Assembly: GCA_024276955.1 (NCBI GenBank) | Contig: JAJRWE010000181.1 | Location: forward strand, 1-57,790 | DNA: 57,790 bases | Origin: Gammaproteobacteria bacterium | GTDB lineage: Bacteria > Pseudomonadota > Gammaproteobacteria > SZUA-152 | Direction of reading: 5' to 3' | Shown here: piece after piece, positions 37,349-48,979 of the stretch | How the letters are laid out: each line of letters opens with the position of its first letter | Position numbering within the stretch: position 1 is the stretch's first letter | Translations under genes and position numbers: made by a program | Notes under the pieces: generated by a model | The model's input: the letters and a program-made list of their open reading frames with translations, nothing else | Database searches by the model: none | Told to the model about the DNA's origin: nothing

Positions 37349-39270
37349 TTAGAACAGGTCGACGTTATCTGGCAATTGGGTGTTCGTGTCGTCCTTGGCG
37401 GCGGGTTTGGTGGTAAAGCCGGCCACCAGCAACTCCAGCTGCACGGAAAACTGTGACAGGTCGCCGTTGTCAGAGATGTTCTTGCGCGCCAGCTCGGACA
37501 GGTCGCGCACGCTTTCGTCGATCTTGCAGATGTTGTCGCGTACGGTAGTGGCCAGTTCCGACTGTTGCTCAGCCTGGGCGGCGACCTGCACATTGCTGTC
37601 GCTGATGCCCTCGACGGCGGTGGCGATGAGGGCAAAGGTCTCGCCGGCGGCCTGGGTGCGCTCCAGGTTGCGAGCGGAGACGGTGGCGCTGCGGGTCATG
37701 AGTCCGACCGCTTCCTGATTGCCGGCGCGGATGGTGTCCATGAGTTTACGCACTTCATCGGTGGCATCGGTGGTGCGTTTCGAGAGGGCGCGTACCTCGT
37801 CGGCAACCACGGCGAAGCCGCGGCCCTGCTCGCCAGCCCGCGCGGCCTCGATGGCGGCGTTGAGGGCCAGCAGGTTGGTCTGATCGGCAATGGTGACGAT
37901 CATGTCCAGCACCTGGCCGACATCCTGGTGGTGTCCGGTGAGGGCGTCGATGCTTTGCTCCAGCTGTTCGATTTCGTCTTGCATTTCCTGCATGCCATCT
38001 ACGGCACTGCTGACCACAGCGCGCCCCTCCACGGCCTCACGGTGCACGTCCTGCGCAGTCTTGCTGGCACCGTAGACGGCTTCGTTTACCTGCTGGCTGC
38101 TGTCAGCCATTTGTCCGACCGTGTCGCTGAGCTGGGTGATGGCCTCAACCTGTTCTTCGATGGCGCCGCTGGTGGCCTGGGTGATTTCCTGAGCGCGCAG
38201 GCTGCTCTGGGAAAGGTTGGTGGCCACCATGAGTACTTGTTCCACAGTCTGATCCAGTTTACGTGTGAAACGGTTGAGGCACGGGCGACCTGCGCCGTCT
38301 CGTCGCGTCCGTCTTCGGGCAGGCTGACACTGAGGGCGGCAGAGCCGTCGGCGACATGCTCCATGGCCTCGGTGATGCGTGTCAGGCTGCGGCTGATGCT
38401 GCGTGCCATCAACAGGGTCATGCTGACCAGGGTGATGATCAGTATCAGGGTGCCGGTGAAGAGGATTTTGTTTTGGTCAATGCGGGCCTGTTTAATCGCG
38501 TTCAGGGTGGTTTGTACCAGCAGGTTCTGATTTTTCAGTGCCTGGCTGATGCTGTCACCCAGCGCGGCACGCAGGCCGTCATGTTCGCTGAGCCCCAGCT
38601 GGCGTTTGCTATCGACCAGATGATGGAAGCTGCCGGCATAGGTGTTGAGGTTGTGTGTTGTTTCATTGCGGTGTGACGGACTGAGTTCGGCCTGTTCAAT
38701 GGCACTAAGAAGTACGCCATGGGCGTGGTCGTATCTGTCTGCGTATTTGTTGTCCAGGCGCAGGAGAAAATCCTTTTCGTGACGGCGCATCATCAGCAGA
38801 TTGGCGAGCAGCTGATAATTACCGGTGGCGCTGAAGACGATTTCCACCTGGTGGGCGGCCGTGCGCAGGGAGCCGCGCAAGCCTTTGTTCTCGTCCAGGC
38901 CGATGGTTTGCACCAGTTTCTCCAGTTCGCTGAATCGGGAGGAGATGGTGGCCAGATCCCGATGGATACTGTCGAGGGGGCGGGTGTCCAGGTCCAGCTT
39001 GGCCATGATGTCATTCAGTTCATGCAGTTCCTCGATTATGGAACGCTGTTCGTGGAAAAAATAGTCACGGGATTCCCGGCTGTGGGTGAGCAGGTAGTTT
39101 TTCTCGGCGGCAAGGAGGGCCTGCATATCGGCCTCTACATCGACCAGCGTGATAATGCCGAGCCGCAAGAGGTCGGAGCGCTGTGTGGTGTACTGTTGCA
39201 AGGCAAGTATGAGCAGGGCAGTGGTGGTGATGACGGCCGAGAGCAGGAACAGGCGGTGTTTGATGGTCAT
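37349..39270 (-). pseudogene. Methyl-accepting chemotaxis protein with a 1-nt frameshift in the HAMP region
   Basis: The N-terminal ORF (38086..39270) carries TM1, a helical sensor and TM2 up to ..DETAQVARA. The signalling domain (..[28 protein letters not shown]..) continues in another frame (37349..38245). The expected ARAFNRF would need one extra base near 38077. Confidence 0.88.
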
Positions 39271-39439
39271 GGTGGGCCGGCTGGATTGTGTGACATGCCA
39301 GCATTAGCGGTTCTGCGAAGGCTGGCTTGAGGGTGTTATTGGCAGACCTGGCTGTGTGTTGGGCCGGGGTAGCCCATGGAATTGGCTACTTTTTCACCAA
39401 CCGGTACAATGGCCGGCCCGTTTTTGGCAGTGTGGCGTG

Positions 39440-41323
39440 ATGTTTTTTCAGGATTCATTCGAGGTGATCGTGGTCGGCGGCGGCCACGCCGGTACCGAGG
39501 CCGCGCTGGCCGCGGCGCGCTCCGGTGCGCGCACCCTGCTGCTGACCCACAATATCGACACCCTGGGGCAGATGTCCTGCAACCCCGCCATCGGTGGTAT
39601 CGGCAAGGACCACCTGGTGAAAGAGGTGGATGCCCTGGGTGGCCTCATGGGCCATGCCGCCGACCGCGCCGGTATCCAGTTCCGCCGTCTCAATGCGCGC
39701 AAGGGGCCGGCGGTGCGCGCCACCCGCGCGCAAGCCGACCGCAGCCTATATATGCAGGTGGTGCGCGCGGCGCTAGAGAATGTGCCCAATCTGCGGCTGT
39801 TTCAGCAGGCGGTGGACGACCTGATGGTCGATGGCGACCGCGTCACCGGCGTGGTGACGCAGATGGGGTTGAAATTCCGCGCGCCGACGGTGGTGCTCAC
39901 CGTGGGCACCTTCCTCGGCGGCCGCATCCACATCGGGCAGGAAAGCCACGAGGGCGGTCGCGCCGGTGATCCACCGGCCAATGCCCTGGCGCAGCGTCTG
40001 CGTGAGCTGCCCTTCCGCGTCGAACGGCTGAAGACCGGCACGCCGCCGCGCATTGACGCCAAGTCCATCGACTACAGCCAGCTCAGCGAGCAGCCGGGCG
40101 ATGACCCCATTCCCAGCTTTTCCTTCATGGCCCGGCCCGGCGACCACCCACGCCAGATCAGCTGTCACATCACCCACACCAATGCGCGAACCCACGATAT
40201 TATTCGAGCCGGGCTGGATCGCTCGCCCATGTACAGCGGTGTGATCGAGGGCGTGGGGCCGCGCTACTGCCCGTCCATCGAAGACAAGATCGTGCGTTTC
40301 TCCGATAAGGATTCGCACCAGATCTTCGTCGAACCGGAGGGATTGGCTTCGAACGAGGTCTATCCCAACGGCATCTCCACCAGCCTGCCCTTCGATGTGC
40401 AGCTGGCCCTGGTGCGCTCCATGAAGGGCTTCGAGAACGCCCACATCACGCGTCCCGGCTACGCCATCGAATATGATTTTTTTGATCCCCGTGACCTGCG
40501 CCCAAGTTTGGAGACAAAGTATCTCGGTGGCCTGTTCTTCGCCGGGCAGATCAATGGCACCACCGGCTACGAGGAGGCCGCGGCGCAGGGTCTGCTGGCG
40601 GGCATCAATGCCGCCCGACAGTCACGCGAGCAGGCGCCGTGGTCACCGCGCCGTGACGAGGCCTATCTTGGCGTGCTGGTGGACGACCTCATTACCCGCG
40701 GCACCAGCGAGCCGTACCGCATGTTCACCTCGCGCGCCGAATACCGCCTGCTGCTGCGTGAGGACAATGCCGATCTGCGCCTGACGCCCATCGGCCGCGA
40801 ACTGGGTCTGCTGGACGATACCCGCTGGGCGGTCTTTGAAACCAAGCGCGAGGCCATCGAGTGCGAGAGTCAACGCCTGCGCGAGACCTTCTTCCATCCC
40901 GGCAGCCTGGCCGACAGCGAAGCCGAGCGGGTGCTGGGCCAGGCCCTGAGCAAGGAGGCGCGCCTGTCTGAGCTGCTGAGCCGGCCCAACGTGGATTACG
41001 CCGCGCTGATAAGCCTGCCCGGTGCCGGTGAGCCCGTGAGTGACCCGGTGGTGGCCGAGCAGGTGGAGATCCAGTGCAAGTACGCCGGCTACATCGAGCG
41101 TCAGCACGAAGAGATCGAGCGCCACCGACGCCAGGAAGGGCTGCCTCTGCCGGAGGACTTGGATTATAGTCGGGTGCGTGGCCTGTCCACCGAGGTGGGC
41201 CAAAAGCTGGCCGCCCAGCGCCCGGCGACTATTGGCCAGGCCTCGCGGATTTCCGGTGTCACGCCGGCGGCGGTGTCACTGCTGCTGGTGCATCTGAAAA
41301 AACGCGCGGCCAGCGGCAAATGA
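39440..41323 (+). CDS. mnmG: tRNA uridine 5-carboxymethylaminomethyl modification enzyme
   Basis: [22 protein letters not shown].. Start trimmed from 39356. Confidence 0.97.
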   Translation: MFFQDSFEVIVVGGGHAGTEAALAAARSGARTLLLTHNIDTLGQMSCNPAIGGIGKDHLVKEVDALGGLMGHAADRAGIQFRRLNARKGPAVRATRAQADRSLYMQVVRAALENVPNLRLFQQAVDDLMVDGDRVTGVVTQMGLKFRAPTVVLTVGTFLGGRIHIGQESHEGGRAGDPPANALAQRLRELPFRVERLKTGTPPRIDAKSIDYSQLSEQPGDDPIPSFSFMARPGDHPRQISCHITHTNARTHDIIRAGLDRSPMYSGVIEGVGPRYCPSIEDKIVRFSDKDSHQIFVEPEGLASNEVYPNGISTSLPFDVQLALVRSMKGFENAHITRPGYAIEYDFFDPRDLRPSLETKYLGGLFFAGQINGTTGYEEAAAQGLLAGINAARQSREQAPWSPRRDEAYLGVLVDDLITRGTSEPYRMFTSRAEYRLLLREDNADLRLTPIGRELGLLDDTRWAVFETKREAIECESQRLRETFFHPGSLADSEAERVLGQALSKEARLSELLSRPNVDYAALISLPGAGEPVSDPVVAEQVEIQCKYAGYIERQHEEIERHRRQEGLPLPEDLDYSRVRGLSTEVGQKLAAQRPATIGQASRISGVTPAAVSLLLVHLKKRAASGK

Positions 41324-41379
41324 ATCACCCCGCAGCACCAAAAGTAGGCGCTTTAGGCGAGCTGGCGGGGTATCGTGTT

Positions 41380-41448
41380 GTAGGAACGGACCCTCGGGCC
41401 GCGATGCCAAGGTGGGAAAGCCATCGCGGCCCGGGGGTCCGCTCCTAC
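41380..41448. repeat. REP-like palindromic doublet (GTAGGAGC family), copy 4 (inverted relative to copy 1)
   Basis: GTAGGAACGGACCCTCGGGCCGCGATGCC..CCATCGCGGCCCGGGGGTCCGCTCCTAC. Confidence 0.85.
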
Positions 41449-41501
41449 GGGGCCGCCGGCATGGGAAATAGAAAGCGGTAAAACCAACAAGGTAGAAAAC
41501 A

Positions 41502-41963
41502 GTGAAAAAGCTATTGGGGGTAATGACCGCCCTGCTGTTGATTAGCGGTCTGGCGCAGGCGGATGCGGATGCCGACAACGGCCTGATCAGCAAAAACAGC
41601 CGCTATAGCGTCGTGGAAACCCTGGATCGACTGGAGGATAGGCTGCGCAAAAAGGACTTCACCATCGTCCTGCGCCTGCGCCACGATACCAGTGCGGAAA
41701 AGGCCGGCCTGTCCCTGCGGCCCACGGAGCTGATACTCTTCGGTAATCCGAAAGTGGGTACTCACTTTATGATCAGCCGGCAGACTGCGGGTATCGACTT
41801 GCCCATGAAGATGCTGGCCTGGCAGGACGAGACGGGCCAGGTCTGGCTGAGCTATAACGATCCAGCCTACATCGCCCGGCGTCATGGCATCACCGATCGT
41901 GACAAGGTTGTCGCCAAGATGAGCAAGGCGCTGGACAACTTCAGCCGTCTGGCCACCGAGTAG
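41502..41963 (+). CDS. DUF302 domain protein, secreted
   Basis: 153 aa. Signal peptide ..GLAQA. ..PTELILFGNPKVGTHFM..AGIDLPMKMLAWQD.. is typical of DUF302. GTG start. Confidence 0.8.
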   Translation: MKKLLGVMTALLLISGLAQADADADNGLISKNSRYSVVETLDRLEDRLRKKDFTIVLRLRHDTSAEKAGLSLRPTELILFGNPKVGTHFMISRQTAGIDLPMKMLAWQDETGQVWLSYNDPAYIARRHGITDRDKVVAKMSKALDNFSRLATE

Positions 41964-41966
41964 CCG

Positions 41967-42632
41967 ATGCCGCTGGAGACGACCCTCGATCGGGGGTTGG
42001 AGGCGCTGGGCATCGAATGCCCGCTTGAAGTCCGCGGGCGACTGCTGGATTATGTGCGCCTGCTGGCGAAGTGGAACCGCGTCTATAACCTGACTGCGGT
42101 GCGCGAGCCGCTGGAGATGGTGCAGCGTCACCTGCTCGATAGCCTCGCGGTGTTGCCACACCTGCGCGAGTTGCAGCCGAAGCGGGTGCTGGATGTGGGC
42201 ACCGGCGGCGGCCTGCCGGGTATTCCATTGGCGCTGCTGTCGCCGCAGACCGACTTCGTGCTGCTCGACAGCAACAGCAAGAAAACCCGCTTCGTGCAAC
42301 AGGCGGTGGTCGAACTGGGTCTGCAGAATGTTGAGGTGGTGCATGCGCGGGTTGAGCAATACCATCCCGACATGCCATTCGATGTGGTCATCTCGCGGGC
42401 CTTTTCCTCACTGCGCGAGATGGTGGAGAAGGCCGGTACTTACTGCGGCAGCGATGGCATGTTGTTGGCCATGAAGGGCGCCTGGCCAGAGCAGGAACTG
42501 GCGGACCTGCCGGCGGGATTCATCCTGCGCGACTCGCAGCGGTTACAGGTGCCGGGACTGGACGAGGAGCGGCACCTGATCTGCCTGGCGCCGACGGGCG
42601 GGGCAGCGGACAATGGACGCGGCATCATATAA
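41967..42632 (+). CDS. rsmG: 16S rRNA (guanine527-N7)-methyltransferase
   Basis: 221 aa. ..WNRVYNLTAVR.., SAM motif VLDVGTGGGLPGIPLA. Confidence 0.95.
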   Translation: MPLETTLDRGLEALGIECPLEVRGRLLDYVRLLAKWNRVYNLTAVREPLEMVQRHLLDSLAVLPHLRELQPKRVLDVGTGGGLPGIPLALLSPQTDFVLLDSNSKKTRFVQQAVVELGLQNVEVVHARVEQYHPDMPFDVVISRAFSSLREMVEKAGTYCGSDGMLLAMKGAWPEQELADLPAGFILRDSQRLQVPGLDEERHLICLAPTGGAADNGRGII

Positions 42633-42657
42633 CGGGCTGACACACGGGCTGGCAAAC

Positions 42658-43434
42658 ATGGGCAAGATCATTGCAGTAACCAATCAGAAGGGCGGTGTCG
42701 GCAAGACCACCACCAGCGTTAACCTGGCGGCCTCATTGGTGGCGACGCATCGCAAGGTGTTGCTTATCGACATGGACCCGCAGGGCAACGCCACCATGGG
42801 CAGCGGCGTCGACAAGCACGCGCTGGAACGCTCCAGCTATGACGTGCTGACCGGCTCGGTGGACATTCGAGACGCCATCAGCGAAACGGGGCTGGCGGGC
42901 TATGACCTGCTGCCGGCCAACGCCGATCTCACCGCCGCCGAGGTGGAGTTGCTGCAGGTGCCGCAACGCGAACGCCGTCTGCGCGAGGCGCTCAACAACA
43001 TCAATGGCCGCTACGATTTTATTTTGATTGATTGTCCGCCGTCGCTGAACATGCTGACCCTCAATGCCCTGGTGGCGGCACAGTCGGTGATCATCCCCAT
43101 GCAGTGCGAATATTACGCCCTGGAGGGGTTGACGGCACTGGTGAATACCATCGAGGACGTGCGCGACAACCTCAATCCTTTCCTTAAGATCGAAGGCCTG
43201 CTGCGTACCATGTATGATCCGCGTAACCGCCTTACCGGTGATGTGACCGCACAGCTCAGCAAGCACTTCGGCGACAAGCTGTACCGCACGGTCATTCCGC
43301 GCAATATCCGTCTCGCCGAGGCGCCCAGTCACGGCCAGCCGGCGCTGGTGTACGACAAGGCCTCGCGCGGCGCCAAGGCCTACCTGGCGCTGGCCGGCGA
43401 AATGCTGCGGCGCGAACAAGTGGCAAACGCCTAA
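42658..43434 (+). CDS. parA: Chromosome partitioning ATPase
   Basis: MGKIIAVTNQKGGVGKTTT (deviant Walker A). Start trimmed from 42613. Confidence 0.95.
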   Translation: MGKIIAVTNQKGGVGKTTTSVNLAASLVATHRKVLLIDMDPQGNATMGSGVDKHALERSSYDVLTGSVDIRDAISETGLAGYDLLPANADLTAAEVELLQVPQRERRLREALNNINGRYDFILIDCPPSLNMLTLNALVAAQSVIIPMQCEYYALEGLTALVNTIEDVRDNLNPFLKIEGLLRTMYDPRNRLTGDVTAQLSKHFGDKLYRTVIPRNIRLAEAPSHGQPALVYDKASRGAKAYLALAGEMLRREQVANA

Positions 43435-43461
43435 CCCCTTTCATTTTTTCGGAACAGACAC

Positions 43462-44331
43462 ATGGCAGCAAAGAAAAAACGCGGCCTGGGCCGCGGCCTG
43501 GACGCCCTGCTCGGCGGGTCATCGACGGCAATGGCAGAGGCCACCACGGACACGGAACTGCGTGATCTGGCCGTCGACCTGCTGCAGCCGGGCAAGTATC
43601 AGCCACGCACCGACATGCACCCGGAAAGCCTCGAGGATCTGGCCAGCTCCATCCGTGCCCAGGGCGTGGTGCAACCCATTGTAGTGCGGGAGCTGGCCGA
43701 GGGCGGTCGCTATGAGATCATCGCCGGTGAGCGCCGCTGGCGTGCGGCACAGATCGCTGGCCTGCATGAGATTCCCTCCCTGATTCGTGTGGTGCCCGAT
43801 GAGGCCGCCATCGCCATGGCGCTGATCGAGAACATCCAGCGCGAAAATCTCAACCCGGTGGAAGAGGCCAATGCCCTGGCGCGGCTCATTGAGGAGTTCG
43901 AGATGACCCACCAGCAGGCCGCCGAGGCCGTTGGCCGATCACGCGTTGCGGTGAGCAATTTGTTGCGCCTGCTGACCCTCAACGACGACGTTCGGCTGAT
44001 GTTGGAGCGCGGTGATCTGGAGATGGGCCATGCGCGGGCATTGCTGGCGCTGGAAGGCGAGCAGCAGAGTCAGGCGGCACGTGAGGTTTCCGCCAAGGGT
44101 TATTCGGTGCGTGAAACGGAGCAGCTGGTACGCCGTCTCAGTGCGGGTACGACAGGGAAATCGACGTCAGGCAAGGCCCTGGATCCCGACATCAAACGCC
44201 TGCAGGATGACTTGGGCGAAAAGCTTGCCGCCAAGGTGATTTTTCAGCACGCCGCCAAGGGCAATGGCAAGCTGGTCATTCATTACAACAGCCTCGATGA
44301 GCTGGATGGAATCCTGCAGCACATTCAGTAA
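43462..44331 (+). CDS. parB: Chromosome partitioning protein ParB
   Basis: 289 aa, ..[11 protein letters not shown].. and ..[17 protein letters not shown]... Confidence 0.95.
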   Translation: MAAKKKRGLGRGLDALLGGSSTAMAEATTDTELRDLAVDLLQPGKYQPRTDMHPESLEDLASSIRAQGVVQPIVVRELAEGGRYEIIAGERRWRAAQIAGLHEIPSLIRVVPDEAAIAMALIENIQRENLNPVEEANALARLIEEFEMTHQQAAEAVGRSRVAVSNLLRLLTLNDDVRLMLERGDLEMGHARALLALEGEQQSQAAREVSAKGYSVRETEQLVRRLSAGTTGKSTSGKALDPDIKRLQDDLGEKLAAKVIFQHAAKGNGKLVIHYNSLDELDGILQHIQ

Positions 44332-44408
44332 TTGTTTCGTGTGGTCTCAGGTCGTTAATCTCAGTGTCCAGCTCAGTCGAATTTTGTATAAATTTATCAC
44401 AAACCCGC

Positions 44409-44437
44409 TTGCTGTGGGTGCGCAGGCTGGCTATAAT
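44409..44437 (+). promoter_or_regulatory. Sigma-70 promoter of the atp operon
   Basis: TTGCTG (44409-44414), 17-nt spacer, TATAAT (44432-44437). About 30 nt upstream of the first atp ORF. Confidence 0.7.
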
Positions 44438-44466
44438 GCCCGGCCTAAATTTGGGATACGCTTGAA

Positions 44467-44673
44467 ATGAGCGAGTCCAAGAAGCCCGGGTTATTGCTCA
44501 TCGGTGTCGGTCAAATCCTGACCTCGATGATTGTGTCCGGGTTTTTGTTGGGTTACTTGCTGGATCTCTATTTGGGGACCCAGCCGATTTTCATATTGAT
44601 CTTCGGTGGCCTCGGCTTCATCGGCGGATTTCTGAAAGTCTACCGATTACTGACCGACCCGGAGCTGCAATGA
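44467..44673 (+). CDS. AtpZ/AtpI-family small membrane protein
   Basis: 68 aa with two TM helices. First gene of the atp operon. ATGA overlap with atpI. Confidence 0.6.
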   Translation: MSESKKPGLLLIGVGQILTSMIVSGFLLGYLLDLYLGTQPIFILIFGGLGFIGGFLKVYRLLTDPELQ

Positions 44674-45077
44674 GTAAGTTGGGCGCCGATCTGGCTGCCA
44701 AGGCCCGCCGGGTTGTCATCATGCAGGTGGCAATAACGACAATTGTTGCCCTGCTGTTCCTGTTTCAAGGTGCGTGGGACGCACTTTCCGCCGTTTATGG
44801 TGGACTGGCGAGTGTCTTTCTCGCCCTGCTCTCTATCCGGGGTTTCAAGCGCGCCAACGAGCATGCGCTGAACGACCCGAAGAGAAGCATGCTGATTCTG
44901 TACATCGGCGCCGTGCAACGATTTGTGGCGGTGGTGGTGTTGCTGGCGATAGGTCTGGGTGGTTTGAAGCTTGCCCCCCTGGCCGTCTTTATCGGTTTTG
45001 CGCTGGCGCAGGCAAGTTATTTGATGGGTGTTCGCGAGGGTGGCGCGAAAGCAAAGGCCACGCAACGCCCGGATTGA
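44670..45077 (+). CDS. atpI: ATP synthase protein I
   Basis: 135 aa, four hydrophobic helices. Sits directly before atpB. Confidence 0.75.
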   Translation: MSKLGADLAAKARRVVIMQVAITTIVALLFLFQGAWDALSAVYGGLASVFLALLSIRGFKRANEHALNDPKRSMLILYIGAVQRFVAVVVLLAIGLGGLKLAPLAVFIGFALAQASYLMGVREGGAKAKATQRPD

Positions 45078-45086
45078 AAACCTTGA

Positions 45087-45923
<837 letters not shown>

Positions 45924-45991
45924 AATAGAGTTTGTAGCGTTTTATTTTTATTCATTTTTTATCTTTAAACAAAATAGTAAGGAGAGTAACA

Positions 45992-46279
45992 ATGACAGCC
46001 GATATGCTTGCGACCATTTACGCCTATACGGCAGTAGGTGTGGGCGTTATTCTTGCAGCCGCCGGTCTGGGTTCCGCCATAGGTTGGGGCCTGATCTGCG
46101 CCAAGACTCTGGAAGGCATTGCGCGTCAGCCTGAGATGCGTCCGGCCCTGATGACCAACATGTTCATCTTCGCCGGCCTGATGGAGTCTTTCCCCTTCAT
46201 CATCCTGGCATTCGCCATGTGGTTCCTGTTCGCTAATCCGTTCGTCGGTGCCCTGCAAGCCGCCATTGGCGCGCTTTAA
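45992..46279 (+). CDS. atpE: F0F1 ATP synthase subunit c
   Basis: 95 aa hairpin protein, ..EGIARQPE.. loop, carboxylate in GLMESFPF. Confidence 0.95.
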   Translation: MTADMLATIYAYTAVGVGVILAAAGLGSAIGWGLICAKTLEGIARQPEMRPALMTNMFIFAGLMESFPFIILAFAMWFLFANPFVGALQAAIGAL

Positions 46280-46354
46280 TTCAAGCCGCTAACTTGGCTG
46301 ATTCTGCTGTTCTCTCCATGAGAATCGGCGGGACAAGTCGGGAGGAACGATAAA

Positions 46355-46825
46355 GTGAACATTACAGTAACGCTATTCGCACAGATGATTGCCTTTGGCC
46401 TGTTGATCTGGTTTGTCAACAAGGTCATGTGGGGTCCTCTGTCCGGGATCATGGAGGCGCGTCAGAAGCGCATCGCCGATGGTCTCGCTGCTGCGGAAAA
46501 AGGCAAGCACGAGCAAGAGCTGGCTGAAAAACGCGCGACAGAGCTTCTCAAAGAGGCGAAGGATCAGGCACAGGAAATCGTTGTCCAGGGTCAGAAGCGT
46601 GCTTCCGAGATTGTGGAAGAGGCGAAAGACACGGCGCGTGCCGAAGGTGACCGCATCGTTGCTGCGGCCAATGCCGAACTCGAGCGCGAAGTGAATCAGG
46701 CCAAGGAAGCTTTGCGTACGCAGGTCGCGGCGATTGCCGTTGCCGGCGCCGAAAAGGTTCTGAAGCGTGAGATCGACGCCAAGGCACACGAAGATCTGTT
46801 GAACGATCTGGCTACCCAGATCTGA
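46355..46825 (+). CDS. atpF: F0F1 ATP synthase subunit b
   Basis: 156 aa. N-terminal TM then a long charged helix. GTG start. Confidence 0.95.
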   Translation: MNITVTLFAQMIAFGLLIWFVNKVMWGPLSGIMEARQKRIADGLAAAEKGKHEQELAEKRATELLKEAKDQAQEIVVQGQKRASEIVEEAKDTARAEGDRIVAAANAELEREVNQAKEALRTQVAAIAVAGAEKVLKREIDAKAHEDLLNDLATQI

Positions 46826-46835
46826 GGCATACATC

Positions 46836-47372
46836 ATGGCTGAAATATCCACAATCGCCCGTCCATATGCTGAAGCGGTTTTCGAACTCGCCCAGGCCGA
46901 CGGTACGCTGAAAGCATGGTCTGAGATGTTGCAGACCGTTGCGCTGATCACCGCAGACCCTGACATGAAGGCCCTGATCGGAAACACCAGTGTCGACAAG
47001 GCCAAGCTGGCCGAGTTGATCCTGGACGTTGCCGGCAAGGCGGTCAGTGAGCAGGGCCGGAACCTGGTCAAGCTGCTGGCGGAAAATCGTCGCCTGGGCG
47101 TGTTGGGAGAAATCGCGGTGCAGTTCGAGACGCTGAAGGCTGAAGCTGAGCAGACCATCGAGGCGGAAATCGTCTCGGCGAGTAAAGTCAGCAAGCAGCA
47201 ACAGCAGAAGATCGCCGACAAGCTCAAGGCCCGCCTGGGTCGTGATGTCAGCCTGAAGTGCACCATTGACGAAAGTCTCATGGGTGGCGCCGTTATCAAG
47301 GCCGGCGACATGGTGATCGATGGATCGGTCCGCACCCAGTTAGAGAAGCTTTCCGTAGAGTTGGCCGGCTAA
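46836..47372 (+). CDS. atpH: F0F1 ATP synthase subunit delta
   Basis: 178 aa, ..IARPYAEAVFELA... Confidence 0.95.
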   Translation: MAEISTIARPYAEAVFELAQADGTLKAWSEMLQTVALITADPDMKALIGNTSVDKAKLAELILDVAGKAVSEQGRNLVKLLAENRRLGVLGEIAVQFETLKAEAEQTIEAEIVSASKVSKQQQQKIADKLKARLGRDVSLKCTIDESLMGGAVIKAGDMVIDGSVRTQLEKLSVELAG

Positions 47373-47399
47373 GCGCTGCCACGAAGAGGAATACGAAAA

Positions 47400-48941
47400 A
47401 TGCAATTGAATCCGTCTGAAATCAGTGAGCTGATTAAAAAGCGCATCGAGAGTTTCGACGTCTCCACCGAGGCGCGCAATGAAGGTACCGTGGTGAGTGT
47501 CACCGATGGTATCGTGCGCATCCACGGCCTGTCTGACGTCATGTTGGGCGAGATGGTCGAGTTCCCGGGCAACACCTTCGGTATGGCGTTGAACCTGGAG
47601 CAGGACTCCGTTGGCGCCGTGGTACTGGGTACTTACGAGCACATCACCGAAGGCGACAAGGTGAAGTGCACCGGTCGCATCCTCGAAGTCCCCGTCGGCG
47701 AGGCCCTGCTGGGCCGTGTGGTGAACTCGCTGGGTGTTGCCATCGATGGCAAGGGCCCGATCGAGTCTTCCGAGCAGTCCCCCATCGAAAAGGTGGCGCC
47801 GGGCGTTATCGAGCGTAAATCGGTGGATCAGCCAGTGCAGACCGGTCTCAAGGCCATCGACGCCATGGTGCCTGTTGGCCGTGGTCAGCGTGAGCTGATC
47901 ATCGGCGATCGCCAGACCGGCAAGACTGCTGTCGCCATCGACGCCATCATCAACCAGAAGGGCACCGGCGTTAAGTGTATCTACGTCGCCATCGGCCAAA
48001 AGGCCTCCAGTGTCGCTTCGGTGGTACGTAAGCTTGAAGAGCACGGCGCCATGGAGCACACCATCGTGGTGGCTGCCAACGCCGCCGATCCGGCCGCCAT
48101 GCAGTACATCGCCCCCTATGCCGGTTGCTCGATGGGTGAGTACTTCCGTGACCGTGGCGAAGACGCCATGATCATCTATGATGATCTGACCAAGCAGGCC
48201 TGGGCCTATCGCCAGGTTTCCCTGTTGCTGCGTCGCCCGCCGGGCCGTGAAGCCTATCCGGGTGATGTCTTCTATCTGCATTCGCGCCTGCTCGAGCGTG
48301 CATCCCGCATCAACGCCAAGGAAGTGGAACGCCTGACCAACGGTAAAGTGAAGGACAAGACCGGTTCCCTGACCGCCTTCCCGATCATCGAGACCCAGGC
48401 GGGCGACGTGTCGGCCTTCGTTGCCACCAACGTCATCTCCATCACCGATGGTCAGATCTTCCTCGAGGCCGATCTGTTCAACGCCGGTATTCGCCCGGCC
48501 ATCAACGCCGGTCTTTCCGTGTCCCGTGTCGGCGGCGCCGCACAGACCAAGATCATCAAGAAGCTGGGTGGCGGCGTGCGTCTCGATCTGGCCCAGTATC
48601 GTGAGCTGGCGGCCTTTGCCCAGTTCGCCTCTGATCTGGATGAGTCCACACGCAAGCAGATCGAACGCGGTCAGCGCGTCACCGAGCTGATGAAGCAGAA
48701 GCAGTATGCGCCGCTGTCGATTGCCGAGATGGCCTTCTCCCTGTTCGCGGCCAACGAAGGCTTCATCGATGACGTTGACGTGAAAAAGGTGGTTGATTTT
48801 GAGGCCGCTCTGCATGCATACCTGCGTGGCAGCCACGCCGACATTCTCAAGCGTATCGACGAGAGCGGTGATTTCAACGATGAAATTGCCGCCGAGATGA
48901 AAGCGGCCATCGAGAAGTTCAAGGCTTCCAGCACTTACTAG
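47400..48941 (+). CDS. atpA: F0F1 ATP synthase subunit alpha
   Basis: 513 aa. Walker A GDRQTGKT. Confidence 0.98.
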   Translation: MQLNPSEISELIKKRIESFDVSTEARNEGTVVSVTDGIVRIHGLSDVMLGEMVEFPGNTFGMALNLEQDSVGAVVLGTYEHITEGDKVKCTGRILEVPVGEALLGRVVNSLGVAIDGKGPIESSEQSPIEKVAPGVIERKSVDQPVQTGLKAIDAMVPVGRGQRELIIGDRQTGKTAVAIDAIINQKGTGVKCIYVAIGQKASSVASVVRKLEEHGAMEHTIVVAANAADPAAMQYIAPYAGCSMGEYFRDRGEDAMIIYDDLTKQAWAYRQVSLLLRRPPGREAYPGDVFYLHSRLLERASRINAKEVERLTNGKVKDKTGSLTAFPIIETQAGDVSAFVATNVISITDGQIFLEADLFNAGIRPAINAGLSVSRVGGAAQTKIIKKLGGGVRLDLAQYRELAAFAQFASDLDESTRKQIERGQRVTELMKQKQYAPLSIAEMAFSLFAANEGFIDDVDVKKVVDFEAALHAYLRGSHADILKRIDESGDFNDEIAAEMKAAIEKFKASSTY

Positions 48942-48979
48942 CCTTGTACTAACGTCGGTTAAATCGTAGGAGGCCAGCA

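Noticed and set aside
39271-39439. Possible oriC next to mnmG, as in E. coli or Vibrio.
   Set aside because: The spacer is only about 170 bp, with no TTATCCACA-type DnaA box cluster or AT-rich 13-mers that I could see.
44333-44350. TGTTTCGTGTGGTCTC after parB as a parS site.
   Set aside because: Only the left half-site resembles TGTTTCAC/GTGAAACA and it is not palindromic. I saw no full parS in the window, though the scan was by eye only.
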